Assembly (NCBI GenBank): GCA_010909165.1
Contig: VJWM01000273.1
Location: forward strand, 62,001-126,000
Length of the DNA stretch: 64,000 nucleotides
Source: Anthoceros angustus
Lineage: Eukaryota > Plantae > Anthocerotophyta
Direction of reading: 5' to 3'
Every line of letters begins with the position of its first letter. The first letter of the stretch is position 1. This document shows positions 40,201-51,816 of the stretch, piece after piece. The notes under the pieces are model-generated. The model was given only the letters and a program-made list of their open reading frames with translations, was not told where the DNA came from and searched no databases. The position numbers were made by a program, and so were the translations under genes.

Positions 40201-40962
40201 GTGCCCTCGCAACTAGTGGTGCCTGGAAGATGGTAGGAAAAACATATCCACAATGTCGACTCTCACATGTGAAGAAATGCGAAGGAATGCGATTCCGGGC
40301 AATACTGCCTCCCGCATGGAATCGCGGAAATCTTCAACAAGGCCACGAGGTGCACACTTCTTCCAGTGAAACCCTTTCGGCTAAGAACAAGAGACTTGTA
40401 TAAACGCGGATCTGGGAAACTTCCTCATCTTGGTATGCCTTTGTGGTGCACAAAAAGTGAACTCGCTCCCTTCATTGAAGTCCAAAGTAGCCCAAACAAC
40501 CCACCGCTCTTGCTCTCTCGATTTGGCGAGCCCCCTATATCCCATGATCCACAACTTCAACAAAGGGGTCCATGGCGCAAGAGGTGGATCCCACAAGCAT
40601 CCTCCTTCTCCACAACCACAACATTGTCGAGCCTGAGACACGCTGATATGGACAGCCTCATAGGTGGGATGGAATCGGATGAATAGGTTGCCGCTCTTAC
40701 CAACCTTCGTCCCTTGCTCTCCGAACCAGTGGAACTGATTTTGGCGGAGGATGCGCCGCTGCGATTTTGCTCAGAAGAATGCTGCCCCTCCGTTGGAGCA
40801 TGGGATGGCAAGATGTCTCCGGCGACTGGATGGAGGTGCCTCCGATGTCCGCGTGGGCGGTGCGCTCCCTCGCCTTTGAGCCTCCTCGGCCTTCTCACGC
40901 ATGGCGGGGGTCATATTCCTCAAAGGCTGGTCCTTCTTGCTCCCGCCGCTTGCCATCTTCAT
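37205..40962 (-). CDS. ParB/Srx-like domain plus beta-class N6-adenine/N4-cytosine DNA methyltransferase (N6_N4_Mtase-like); spliced, frameshifted as assembled
   Basis: Start MKMASGGSKK at 40962/40956. ParB-like motifs QIRRVDEAWANYL (39361-39398), VLGGNHTYAAMKHL (~39205-39246) and DHNMMSEE. Intron acceptor gactaac...ttttcag at 38304. Motif IV TLLVMDVPRG (38070-38102) precedes motif I GDWV(L)DACSGSGTT..YLRGRSCIAIE(G)DLRC (37560-37650), the beta-class order. Confidence 0.75.
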
Positions 40963-41599
40963 CTCTAATTCAAGGCAACCCCACTCCGTAATCACAAAGA
41001 GATGCACAACAGTGACCGCTAACTCACTGCTCAAGATCGCCCGCCTCAAGAGCTTACCGCGGCTTGCTCTCGAAAGTTGCGCCCAACCCGAGCTTGGCTT
41101 CTAGGGCGGGCGAGCGCGGCGCCTCACTCCCAAAGATGCGATACGCGGTGGTGCGCTCGAGAAGCGCACACTGAGGTGTGCGCCGAAATCGACATGAACT
41201 ACTGTCCTGGCCTTGCAACGAGCTTAAGTTCAAAAGAGGAGGCCTTAACGAGAAGGCGTGTAAAAGTAGGGTTTTCTTCCATAACCCCAAATGGTTTTCA
41301 TAAGTGTTTCTCAAAATAACCCTACCTTAAACTCAATTTTGACGAGCTTACTATTTTAGACCCGCCCGCCATCAACTTTTCGCCAGTGGCTGCAATTATG
41401 CTTGGATTTTCCACATATCGTGCATCACCAACCACTTCATTGTCCGCACTTATTTCGAGGCAATCCCATCAACCTCTTAGGCGGTGGCACTGGGATGCGA
41501 GGGCCCCCGACGCCATAGCAAAGCCGGAGGGAGGCTTCGATATCCGCTAGCCACTACCGGTGCTCGCAAAGTCTTGTGCTTTCCTTCCTTGCGCATTGA

Positions 41600-44500
41600 T
41601 GCGGATGTTGCATTTGACGACACGCAGGAGATGAGGTTGGTCTTGTTTCGCCATTGTCTTTTCCCCGCATACCATTCATGATACAAGATGCAACTTGTAA
41701 CCATGCCTGCGGGGCGCAGGAGGTTCAAGTGGAGGACCCGGGCCTCGCAATTCCAAAGAAATGGAGACATGGTCCGCAGAGGAAGAGGCTCGCTATCTTG
41801 AACGCCTCCAAGTTCACATATTCGGTGCAATACCCACGGAGTCCTCCACATGAAGGTTTGTTGTGGTTACCAGCTTTTCCCACTTTTGGAAGAGGCTAGC
41901 TTGTTAAGTCCGTGTTCGCACCGCCCATGTAGGCTCTAACGAGGCGTCGACACTTGGCGCCAAAACATGCCGCGGGTGCCTCACCCCGCTGGAATTTGCA
42001 TCTACCAGCCCATTGAGGGAGCCCATCTACACGCCTCCCGGATCCAATTCGAGTCCTCATCCCTCAACTGCGTGTGGATGGACCACCTGTTGCACGCAGG
42101 GGATTGTTTGATGGTGGTCACGGTAGAAGACCTCCCCGGCGTGAGCACGAACCCTCCGAGGATGAAGATGAACGACCACTTGACACCGCACCGCGCGGCT
42201 GCTTCCATCCCAAGCCGCTGGGTGAGACTTTGACAGCGTCAAGCGAGCAAAGCATTGCACCTCAACGGAGACGCGCTGGTGTCACATTGAAGAAAAGTGA
42301 AGGAGAGGTAGTGACGGCGGATTGAAAACCATGTTGCAATCAAATGTGCTTGGTGACAAAAGAAAAGTTTTGGAGCAGAGTACCGATTCCTAAGGATGGG
42401 CAGCAAGAGACATTTCTAGAGTCCTTGGTTCAAGAGAGAGGGGATGTGAAAGTATGCACACATTTTGGGGTCCATTCAAGGCTTGAAGGCATTTAGAAGA
42501 GTATATTGCATAGGCACTGATATGAGGAATCAAGAGCGAATCATTTAATGCCCGTGGATGGTTTCGTGCCTAACCCCAAACCACGCCTTCTTATGCTTGG
42601 GAGCGATATCCTCGGATGGATAAGACATTTCTAATGATCGAGGCAGAACGTGGAGGTCTTCAACCTTCCGACATACACAAGGTTGGAAATATGGAGTATG
42701 TACGCGAATGCGAAACCTCCGGGATCCTCTATGTGAAATATCCATGGTTCTTGAAGTTATGGAAAAGCAACTTCCCAAGAGTGAAAATACCAAAATCCAA
42801 GGTTTTCCACGTCACTCTGCGCAGTCTGAAGAGCATTAGGAACAACCACAACCGATCAAGGTAATTGTTACCACTTTCGGCAGTTGACATGCATGGAACT
42901 TATGGAAATGGTTTTCTTGAGTGGGGAATGGTTGTTTTGAACTCGAGGCTTTATGGGCAAGATCCCTATAACCGGGTCACTGATCTTTGTATGATGGGAT
43001 GGTGCGCCACCACCGTCAGTCCCACATATGCAAAACCCTTGGGATGAAACCCCGAGAGGCCCTGTACATGTGGTGGGACGCCGCCGGCCCTGGAGGAACC
43101 CTCGGTTGAAGAGCCCCTCGGAGACGCGCCGGCCGGCGCCCACCTGTGTGCTTTAACGGCACCATAGGTTCCTCCGAGGGATACCAACTGCCAACGCCCA
43201 CATGGCGAAGACCATAGGGTCACCCTACAATTTATACATGTGGTGGCACGCCTCCATAACCAAAAGCATGGATTGTGGTTGCTCAGTACGCCACCCACAA
43301 TTGATCGAAATGCGCTAGGACGGAACATGAAGGTTCTTCCTCCGTTGATTTGGGGCGGACGCCGCCTGTGTAATCGTCCAAAGATAGGAGGGTCCTTCAT
43401 ATCTAATCGGATGTCTCTTCAAATGTACCGACGAGTGTGTATGTCAAAAGAAAAATATCAAGCGGCTTTAGATGCCCATCGTTTGCGGTTACATCGAGCG
43501 GTGAAGATGGCGAAACATGAGCAAGAGTTATGTAGAACCACATATGTACCTTCTACTTTCAATCGATGGAATGGACCAAAAGAAGACGGAGATTCCCATC
43601 TACTTGATGGCCAAAGAACTTGGATGAGGAGTGATTCGTGTTCATGTGGTTGGGTGCATGATCCACAATTACACGTTTAAGGCAAGAGCTTACTTGCATT
43701 ATGCGAACTTGAATGATGCCAATCACGATTACCATCATCCGATGTTATTCATAACTACGAAGGAGTATTGCCGAAAGTGTTATATTTGCAATTGGACAAC
43801 ACTGCAGAGAACAAGAATCAAGCTTTGCATATCTCAACATGCTCGTGGACATGGGGACGTTTGAAAAGGTGAAAGTGGGGTTTTGTTGGTGGGGCATACG
43901 CATGATCAAATCGACCAAATGTTTTCATGCTTTTCAAAAGCTTAAAACACAAGGAAGCTCACACTCTGACCGCTGTGAGATTTTGATTAGTGCGTACACT
44001 CCACCGGAGGTGAAGATATTGATCAAGTTCGGACTTCCTCATATGTTTGGCCCATAAGGCAAGGGAAGGTGGACACGCATACAAGGCGCATCAAAAAATT
44101 AAACAACCTCTCTTTCCGACCAATTCAAAATTACGAGAGAAGCCAAAGGTGACCGTGGGTTTGTATCGCATCGAGGCAAGATTCCACATCACCTATTGGG
44201 AGACAGAGGCCGGGTTGAGTTTTTGACATTCGTCGTTGGACAATAACAGCTAACCGCCTCCGGTCAAGGGATAGAAAAGGAAAGTTGGCGACTTATCACC
44301 TACGGATGGTGTGGCTCATTTGAAGGAAGGTCTTCGGCCCTTAGGCCTTATGTGACATCGGAGGAATACAAATGGTGGGAAGCTCGGACCAACAAGAGAT
44401 TCATTATTGTTCAAAACAACATTGGGCCTGGCCTCCTCCATCCTTGGAAGTGGTATTCGAGGTCCAAGTAGAAGTAAACCCCAACCTGCGACTTGATGAA

Positions 44501-45050
44501 GCTTTATTACGGGAGGCGTTGTTGAGGACCTTCCACAACGAGATATGTATTTGGGACGATACCAAAACTTGGAAAGACAAGGAGGGAATGACACGCTTTG
44601 AATGGTGATGTGTTGAAATAAATAAGGGCATGTTCATTGCGCCCAAAGTGACACGCATAACCATTTTGGATTGGGAAGGTGATTGATTTGTTGTTTGATG
44701 ACCCACTCACTTACTTGTTCATGCATGTAGCACACAGATGCGTTTGAGGGTAGGTACGTTGAAGAATACATAGGGGATGGCACCAAGCAACAAACCGGGA
44801 AAAGGGGTCAAGGGTTGAACCTAAAAATATTGAAGTATATGTATGTAAAACCGTCATCTTGTATTATGGTTTCACCTTGAATTCTAAACATCTGTATGCG
44901 GTAGACAAGAAGGCAATCAAGGACAAGTCAATGAATTGCGGGCTTCATACAACCAGCAAGTCAAAGTGGCAGAGGATGAAGATGATTGATGATGCCGAAC
45001 CCAACGAATATGACGGCGTCAATTCAGAAGGAGAGTAGATTGCACTTCGA
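41600..45050 (+). CDS. DUF7869-type / Sola-like D-D-D transposase, frameshifted as assembled
   Basis: FLKLWKSNFPRVKIPK (42748-42795), IDGMDQKKTEIP (43562-43597), VHVVGCMIH, LPKVLYLQLDNTAENKNQ (43768-43821), LVGHTHDQIDQMFS (43886-43927). Gene ends approximate. Confidence 0.75.
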
Positions 45051-45882
45051 ATGTTAAAAGTGCGCATAGGCCGAGCCTCATTTTCTGCTTTGAGAAGGGA
45101 AACTGCAAGACACATTCGACACGTTCATTGTAGCCCATTCTTGGGGAAAGTTTGAAACGACCAGTATATTCTACAAGATGTTAGCCGATGGAAACTCCTC
45201 TCCAAATCGACTTTTTAGTCCTAAAGCACTAGCGCAGTGGGACACCCTTTGCAAATTTGCACATTTAGAGCATGTGCACATTTAGGGCTTGCACGATGCC
45301 ACCACTAATAATGCATCCATACGACTTTCCTGCTTTTTGATCACGGCTAGTCACATGACTATACATAGCATCCGCCGATGGTTGGTGACAGACCCTCTTG
45401 TCTCAAAATCGATTCCTCCAACCTACCAAGGGATAGGAGATGACATATCACTTTCGGGATTGTGGAGGTGGGTGCGCTGGCGGCCCGCACCCACGATTTC
45501 CATGAATTCCATGTCGCATGTAAGGGATTCATGACCCATACCACCACCACCCGCATGGAAGCGCCTGGGGAAACTTGAAATATGAGAGTTCGACATTGGT
45601 TGGACCATGTTTTCCCGATTGTTTGTGGGGCATCGTCAAATGTACTCATCTTCACTGTCATGGTGCTCCATTTTGTAAATGGGCTCTAAAGTCGGCATAG
45701 GTGTAAACTACAACCATTGCTCCACATGTCAGAACGGCAAGCTGTCGTGTTGGTGTTCACCCTTCTTTCGATCATCTTTTCCAAAGACAAGCGGTGAACA
45801 AGGGATTCAACACCATCCAAAACCCTTCGCAAATAAAGAGTAAACCCTCATGTCAATAATCACCCTTGTTCTAAATAGGATG

Positions 45883-47880
45883 GTTTGTTTCCTGTCTGCC
45901 TCAAGACTCTTCTCCAAGTGCTCCACTTGAGCTTCCATCCTCATAACATCCTCCGCCACTGGGTTTCCGCCGCCTACTTTCCCTTGCTTGGTAGGTCCTT
46001 GTCTTCCGCCTCCTTCAAGAATTCAACTCTCCTCTTGGCCTCCATGTCTACCTTGAACATCTCCCCATGCGCAGCATCTCCTCCAACATGTCCAAGTCTC
46101 CTTTCTTACCTCCGGAGACTCAAGGCCTTTGCCTTGCTCATGGGATCTTACATCCCTTGCTTCCCTATGATGAGCTCCCGCTCATCACTTGGTGGGGCAA
46201 CTCCTCCCACCGTGACTCCATCCGCCGCCCACCTAAGGGGCCGGTTGCCTTCTTATCTCCGCTTGGGAGCTTCCAAAACCGTGACTTCCTTTCCTCCTAC
46301 CGTGGTAGGAGGTGCTCCTACCACCAGGACTACTTCCCACCGTGGTAGGACTAATTCGCCACCCAGGCCTTGTCATGAGAGGACGAAAGGGGTCCCAAAC
46401 CACGTGGGAACACCTCCCACCTCGCAGGCGGGATTCGCCATGGTAGGATCTATCCTACCTTCCATCTCCGCATCCTCCGCGGTCCAACTTCAAATCCCCT
46501 ACAACTTCTCCTTGCAAGTCCTCCCGCATCCTCGGCCTATCTGAGGGATTCCTTCCAAAATAATGTCCTGTGGTGCTGCACCTCCTTTAGCGCAAAGCAC
46601 CAAGCACTCCCTCTCCCCGGCCGTAAGTACACAATGTTAAAGGGATGCTTGGAATCATCCAACTCCTTACTTGTGAGTAGCCCTCTACTTCCCACAAATG
46701 CACTAGATAAGTGCTAAGATAGCATGGCCTTGACTGTCTTCATCCGACGTTGGGTTTTCAAAGAACTTTTCCTTGGTAGGTGTATGCTTCATACATGATG
46801 AGCCCCAATCCGCTTCGCCCTTGAGTGATCTTCCATAGAAAATGGAGGAAGGTAGAAAATATGACACCCTTGGATTGCTCACCAAGCCCAAAACAATTCT
46901 TGTGAACAATCTCCACTTGGGCTCCAAGATTTGGTCCGTCTGCCAACCGTTCTTGGACTTAGCCTTCATGCCCCTTGCATAAGTGTAAGGGCTCCTTGGG
47001 AAGATCCGCCGTTGATGCACGCTTGCCTCCACTGCTTCCTTCCATCAACGTGATTCCGCTATCCTCGCTATCCGCCCCGCCATATACCGCGATGCTCATG
47101 TCCAACACCGTGGATCCGTCTGTGTTTCCTATCCGTAAGCCACCTCTTCCGTCACGCAAATTAGCAAAACCTCTTCTATCAATTCAAGGTTGTAAGACCA
47201 ATGTCGCCCATACACCCACTCTAGCTGAATATTCTCCTCGCTGCCCAAGGTCGAAAGTCCGAAAGGTCTCTAGAGGATAGCTGGCCTATAGTAAATAATG
47301 GCATGTCAAATTTCCACCTCCGGTCCGATCCTCCCGCCTTAGACCTCTTGCCGCCTCGCGCCACCTCCCTTGGTGGACGCTCCTTCCTTGGCTACTACCT
47401 CCTTGCCCTTGGTCATGGTAGGCTTGGTCATGGCCTCCTTGGTTAGTACTTGCACGAAATTGAAGAAAAGTGATGCCTCCTGCAATTCCTGCACCTCCCG
47501 CTTCTTATCCTTGCAAACGCTTTCTCCTCCTCGCGATTTGCTCTTGCTCACAGCTCAAAGGTCCTTGCCTCGCCCCTCAAACCCCGATTTCGCAAGAGAA
47601 AGCTCAACCCCCACGGACTCTTACACCGCCACAATTTAGGAGCCCTTCCTGCACGGTTTCCTAGCAATCTTGCCACGCTCCACCCTCCTAGGCACCCTCA
47701 CGAGCTTGGCAAGTGTTGGGTTGCGCCCAACCTTCTTCTCCCTTCTCTTCCTCTTTTCCTCCTTCCTCTCTTGGGCGCCCGCGGATTTCGCCTCCTTGCC
47801 GAGCTTGCGCCTCTCCTTCTCCTCCTGCACGGGGCGTGTTGCTGTATGGGGCCTTGGGAAGCTTGAGGTGTGGCGGCGCC
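45883..47880 (-). mobile_element. Copy D internal region, upstream half (orphan ORF homolog plus a coiled-coil ORF)
   Basis: GEADWG..MYEAYTYQGKV..HAILALI matches the family ORF; ends MEAQVEHLEKSLEADRKQ at the insertion point. Confidence 0.6.
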
Positions 47881-47887
47881 CCGCTAC

Positions 47888-50800
47888 CACCATCACCACA
47901 CTCCACACAATGATCATAGTTGTCCAACACATTGTTTCTAATACCCTTCAATCTCTCCTCAGCAAACAAGTCCTCAGCTGCTTCGTGCAGAGACCTCCCG
48001 TCCACAAGGTAGATGCTATTATACCTGACCTTACAGGAAAATTTAAATCCATAAATAAGAACACAGCTAAAAAAATCAAGCTGCAAACGACAACAACGGT
48101 GCATGAGACTAGCACTCACGGATTACGTCGAGAGCCCATTCCAGCATGCTGTTCAAACTGGGAGCAGCTTATCTGCAAGGATATATTTACAATTAGCGTC
48201 CATGGGAGGGAAGCGAGAGCTCTTCCATATCACTTTTCTCACCACTTGCTTGCAGCAGAGGCAGCAAATTCCAACTCCTTTCTTGATACCCTCTAGGAGC
48301 TTCTGCAGGGACAACCAAGAACCCATAAGTTAAGACAAACAATGAACTCAGCCTTACTTCTTCTTGCTTCATTTGTCTATCTGTCACAGCCCAACTTCAA
48401 ACATTGACTATTCCAGGATGAAAAGATCGTCTGCAGTCAGGGGATTGTTTCAAAGTCAGGAAGGCAGGGCAGACGTCTCTACCTGCCCTTTAATATAGTA
48501 AGCCACCTCCACATCATCTGGCAATCCACCAGGCAAAAATAGCGCCTTGTGCATGGCAGCATTGGTATCTCTGAAAAATCAGCAGCCCCTCTGTCAAGAA
48601 GGATAAAGCAAGCATTGCTATCAAAAACCCAGAAACCCTTACTGTAATATTCCCAAAGCAGAGTCTGTTATTTGTCCAACAACACAAACTTGTGAACGAA
48701 CACACTTTGAGATACAAGTTGTTACTAGATTCAGGTTACCAGCTTGGTATTTGGGGCACACCTAACTCTTGATTGTCCGGCAGAGTCTGGCAGGGAGGCA
48801 GAAGGCCTACACCATATCAAAGCCGGATTTAAGTCTCCACAAGTAACTGTCCAAAAATGTACATCTCCTCCTCCTCAAATGTGAGGCAGAATCTCCACGC
48901 TGGGAGATCAACATGCATCTAGCAAAGAACCCTGACACTGCTGGGCCATACCTTGGGCGGCTTGGATAGAGACAAGCTCCTCCCTGCTGCTTAGTATCAA
49001 CCAATGTGCAGGACAAGCAACCTCGCTGTCCAGGCTGAGACTCCTCTAAGTCATCCAAATACTCTGTGACAAGTCAGCTGTGAGAAGAAGATGTACCAAA
49101 TAACTTGCAGACAAAGATGAGCTGCAACCAATAAATCCAATACCACAGTCACCTTCATTGCCTTGGTATGCCGCGCACACATTTACATTCCTCTCTTCTT
49201 GAATATCACCAATTGCAGTTCTCAAGGCATCTTTGATCTTCCCAGGGTGACTGGCCCTTTTACCAGCCTCAAGGACATCATGAAGTGACTTGCCGTTTTC
49301 AAGGCAAATAAAATCACTTGGGTGCCTGGCAGAGCTACCAGCATGCTTCTCAAAAGCAGAAACATTGACAATCTATCAAGGAAACCAGACAGTTCAATTC
49401 AATAGTAAGAACAACATTATTAGCTGAAATAATTACGAAATGCAAACAGGTAGGATTTGCTGATCAGGCCTAGCCATAAGAGTCACCATCAGATTACCTC
49501 ACTGCCTTTGCAGTCAGAACAATCACAGAGAATTCCATTCTTTCGCACAACACCAGTGAGCAGGACCTGCAGACAGTGTTACACGAGAGACAGTTGGCAG
49601 TAGCTTCTACATGCTGTAAGAAATAGATGCATTACCATGGTGAAATGAGCGTACCACTCCTGCCCGGTCCCGATAGCTAACACGATGCCCTTCGATCAGT
49701 CCAGTAGCCAGCAATGATTTAGCAGTAGTTGGTGGATCAACTATTACACAGTCAGTCGGTGGCTTGATCTTCAGCTTGAAGACTGTTGTCACCGGTTGTG
49801 GTAACAAATCAGTGCACAAGGGTCCAGTGCCCGATAACTCTGCCTTTTCAACCTTTATGCACACATCAGCTGGTGGTTCGCTCACATCACATGCGAAGTC
49901 AGGGTCACCATTATCTGTAGCACATGGAGGTCCCCGCTTTGGGGCAAGACACTTACTGCATCGGTAAACAGCAGCAGGCTTACTATGAAATTGTGTGCTT
50001 GACACATCCTCATCCTGACTGACATCCAGAGAGTACGGACTATGACTTCTTGTACCTGCAACAGCAGCAACAAATATTTCAGCAGATATACCGGCGGAAG
50101 GTTCTGACTTACGGAGTCCATAAGCATTGGCCGAGTTAGAGGGCAGCGTTGACAAGCAGGTGACACTGCCCTGGACTCACCAGACTGATGCAAATCACCA
50201 CTACAACCATTGGGGCAAAGCCCAGCACTTCTTGATATCTCAAGGTTTACACTCCCATACGTCTCCAGAGGCAGAGACCAGTTCACTGGTTGAACCCTGC
50301 AGCCTGGAGTGTTGTCTTCATGCTGCACAAAGGCACCAGCAAATGTGAATTTCCTTGCTTAAGTGAGTTCGAAAATCAGAACAATCAGCTGAAGTTTGAC
50401 TTAAACGTCTCCTGAATTTATGAGTAATTGAGAGTTCACTTTGTATCCAGACACTCTTCCTAGCACGCCTGGCCTGCTAGGAAACTGGCTGGCAAAACCA
50501 TCAGTCTTCATCCTGGTCTCAATACCATCATGTCCCACATCAGGCACTCCAACCAGCAGACCGGAATCTTCCCCATCAGCAATCAGCCCTTTGCTCTGAC
50601 CAGACTCACAAAGATCCGGATCCGTATCTGCAGCCTGCAATTGCGAAAGGTCGACTCAACGAGTGCCAGCAGAATATATGATGCTACAGGCAACTCATCC
50701 AAACAATAATCACATGACTGCAAGCCTGCGGGCAGGCCAAACTCTGGGCAGCCAAAAGCAAGACCATGTAGCCACCTTTGACTCCAGGCTCCAAACTCTG

Positions 50801-51816
50801 AGCCAGTAGAGAACCACCTTAGATTGCAACTGGAATCAACTGCAGCTTCTTACCACAGGCAAAGGAAGAGGTGACCGTCTTGCTGGCAGTACAATTGCTG
50901 AACCAGCTACTAAACTCTCCGGATTGCCCCCACCCAGCTCTGACACTGATGGTATGGCAAGAGGTGTTCTCCTTGCTGTTGAGGTAAGATTACCATTTCC
51001 TGTAGCAATAAGCCCGTCCACGTCCTCGCTGGCATCCAGTGCTATTTGGTTGCAGCAACCTTGAGCATCAACTGATCCCATTTTCAGAGTCGATGATCTG
51101 TCGATATCAACAGCAGTGGACTTTGAGACCACTGTAGAAGACGAGGACTGCTCCAAGGTCTTAGCAAAATCCACCATTCCTGGCAGGCATGACATCTGCG
51201 GAGATATTGAACCCGGGACAGTACATTGCCTTGAGACAGCAGCTGCAGCAGACAGATGTGCTCCAGCTATTTCCGAGTCTGCAGAGACTGAACTTCCAAT
51301 TCCTGACACACACTCTCGATTGCTCGGGAAGTCCCGAGATAACTCCATCCGGTAACTCGACACCGCAGATATTCCCCTGCTTACAAGCTGCGGCCTTAAT
51401 GCTTCTGAGGTTGGCACTTGGTTAGATGAACAGGCCACAATCTCCCCTTGCGAATTCCTAATGCACGTACCGACATCCCCACCGTTGACAATGCCCGCAC
51501 TGTCGACATTCTGTTTTTTGAGGAGGGGAACATTGAAATCCTCTTCCACAACATCAGAATACACAGCTTTCCGCTTGATCACAATCTTGAATTTGGGAGC
51601 CCGAACTTCGGATGCCTCTGTCATATCGGAATGGCAAACAGGAGCACCCATGCTCTCCTCTTCATCCCGAGCTTCAAGCCCTATCCCGGACGAATCTACC
51701 ACGGAGCAGTTCTCACGAGTATCACCTAGCTGAGACACGGTTGCTTGCACTGGGTCTACATGTACAGCAACACCGACGTCTCCGATGCTGGCCGAGGGGC
51801 TGTCCCTGCAAGCCAT
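47888..51816 (-). CDS. 5' half of an IDM1-related PHD/acetyltransferase family gene (two Tify-domain-binding TDBD domains plus the start of a PHD finger); PHD remainder and GNAT domain not found
   Basis: In-frame GT-AG exons: ...PTTAKSLLATGLIEGHRVSYRDRAGV (ends 49655); 49498-49566 VLLTGVVRKNGILCDCSDCKGSE; from 49372 IVNVSAFEKHAGSSARHPSDFICLENGKSLHDV; 48483-48570 DTNAAMHKALFLPGGLPDDVEVAYYIKGQ; 48243-48302 KLLEGIKKGVGICCLCCKQV; 48120-48172 ISCSQFEQHAGMGSRRNP; 47888-48024 YNSIYLVDGRSLHE...DNYDHCVECGDG. Start codon is a best guess. Confidence 0.85.

Larger units (their letters stand above)
36827..45882. mobile_element. ~9.05 kb DNA transposon with D-D-D transposase and ParB-methyltransferase cargo
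   Basis: GTTTGTT direct repeat at 36820-36826 and 45883-45889; interrupts the copy D ORF; contains the two divergent genes listed below. Confidence 0.75.

Noticed and set aside
47888-51816. Assigning the symbol IDM1
   Set aside because: The two-TDBD architecture fits related paralogs, the GNAT domain is absent, and orthology cannot be shown.
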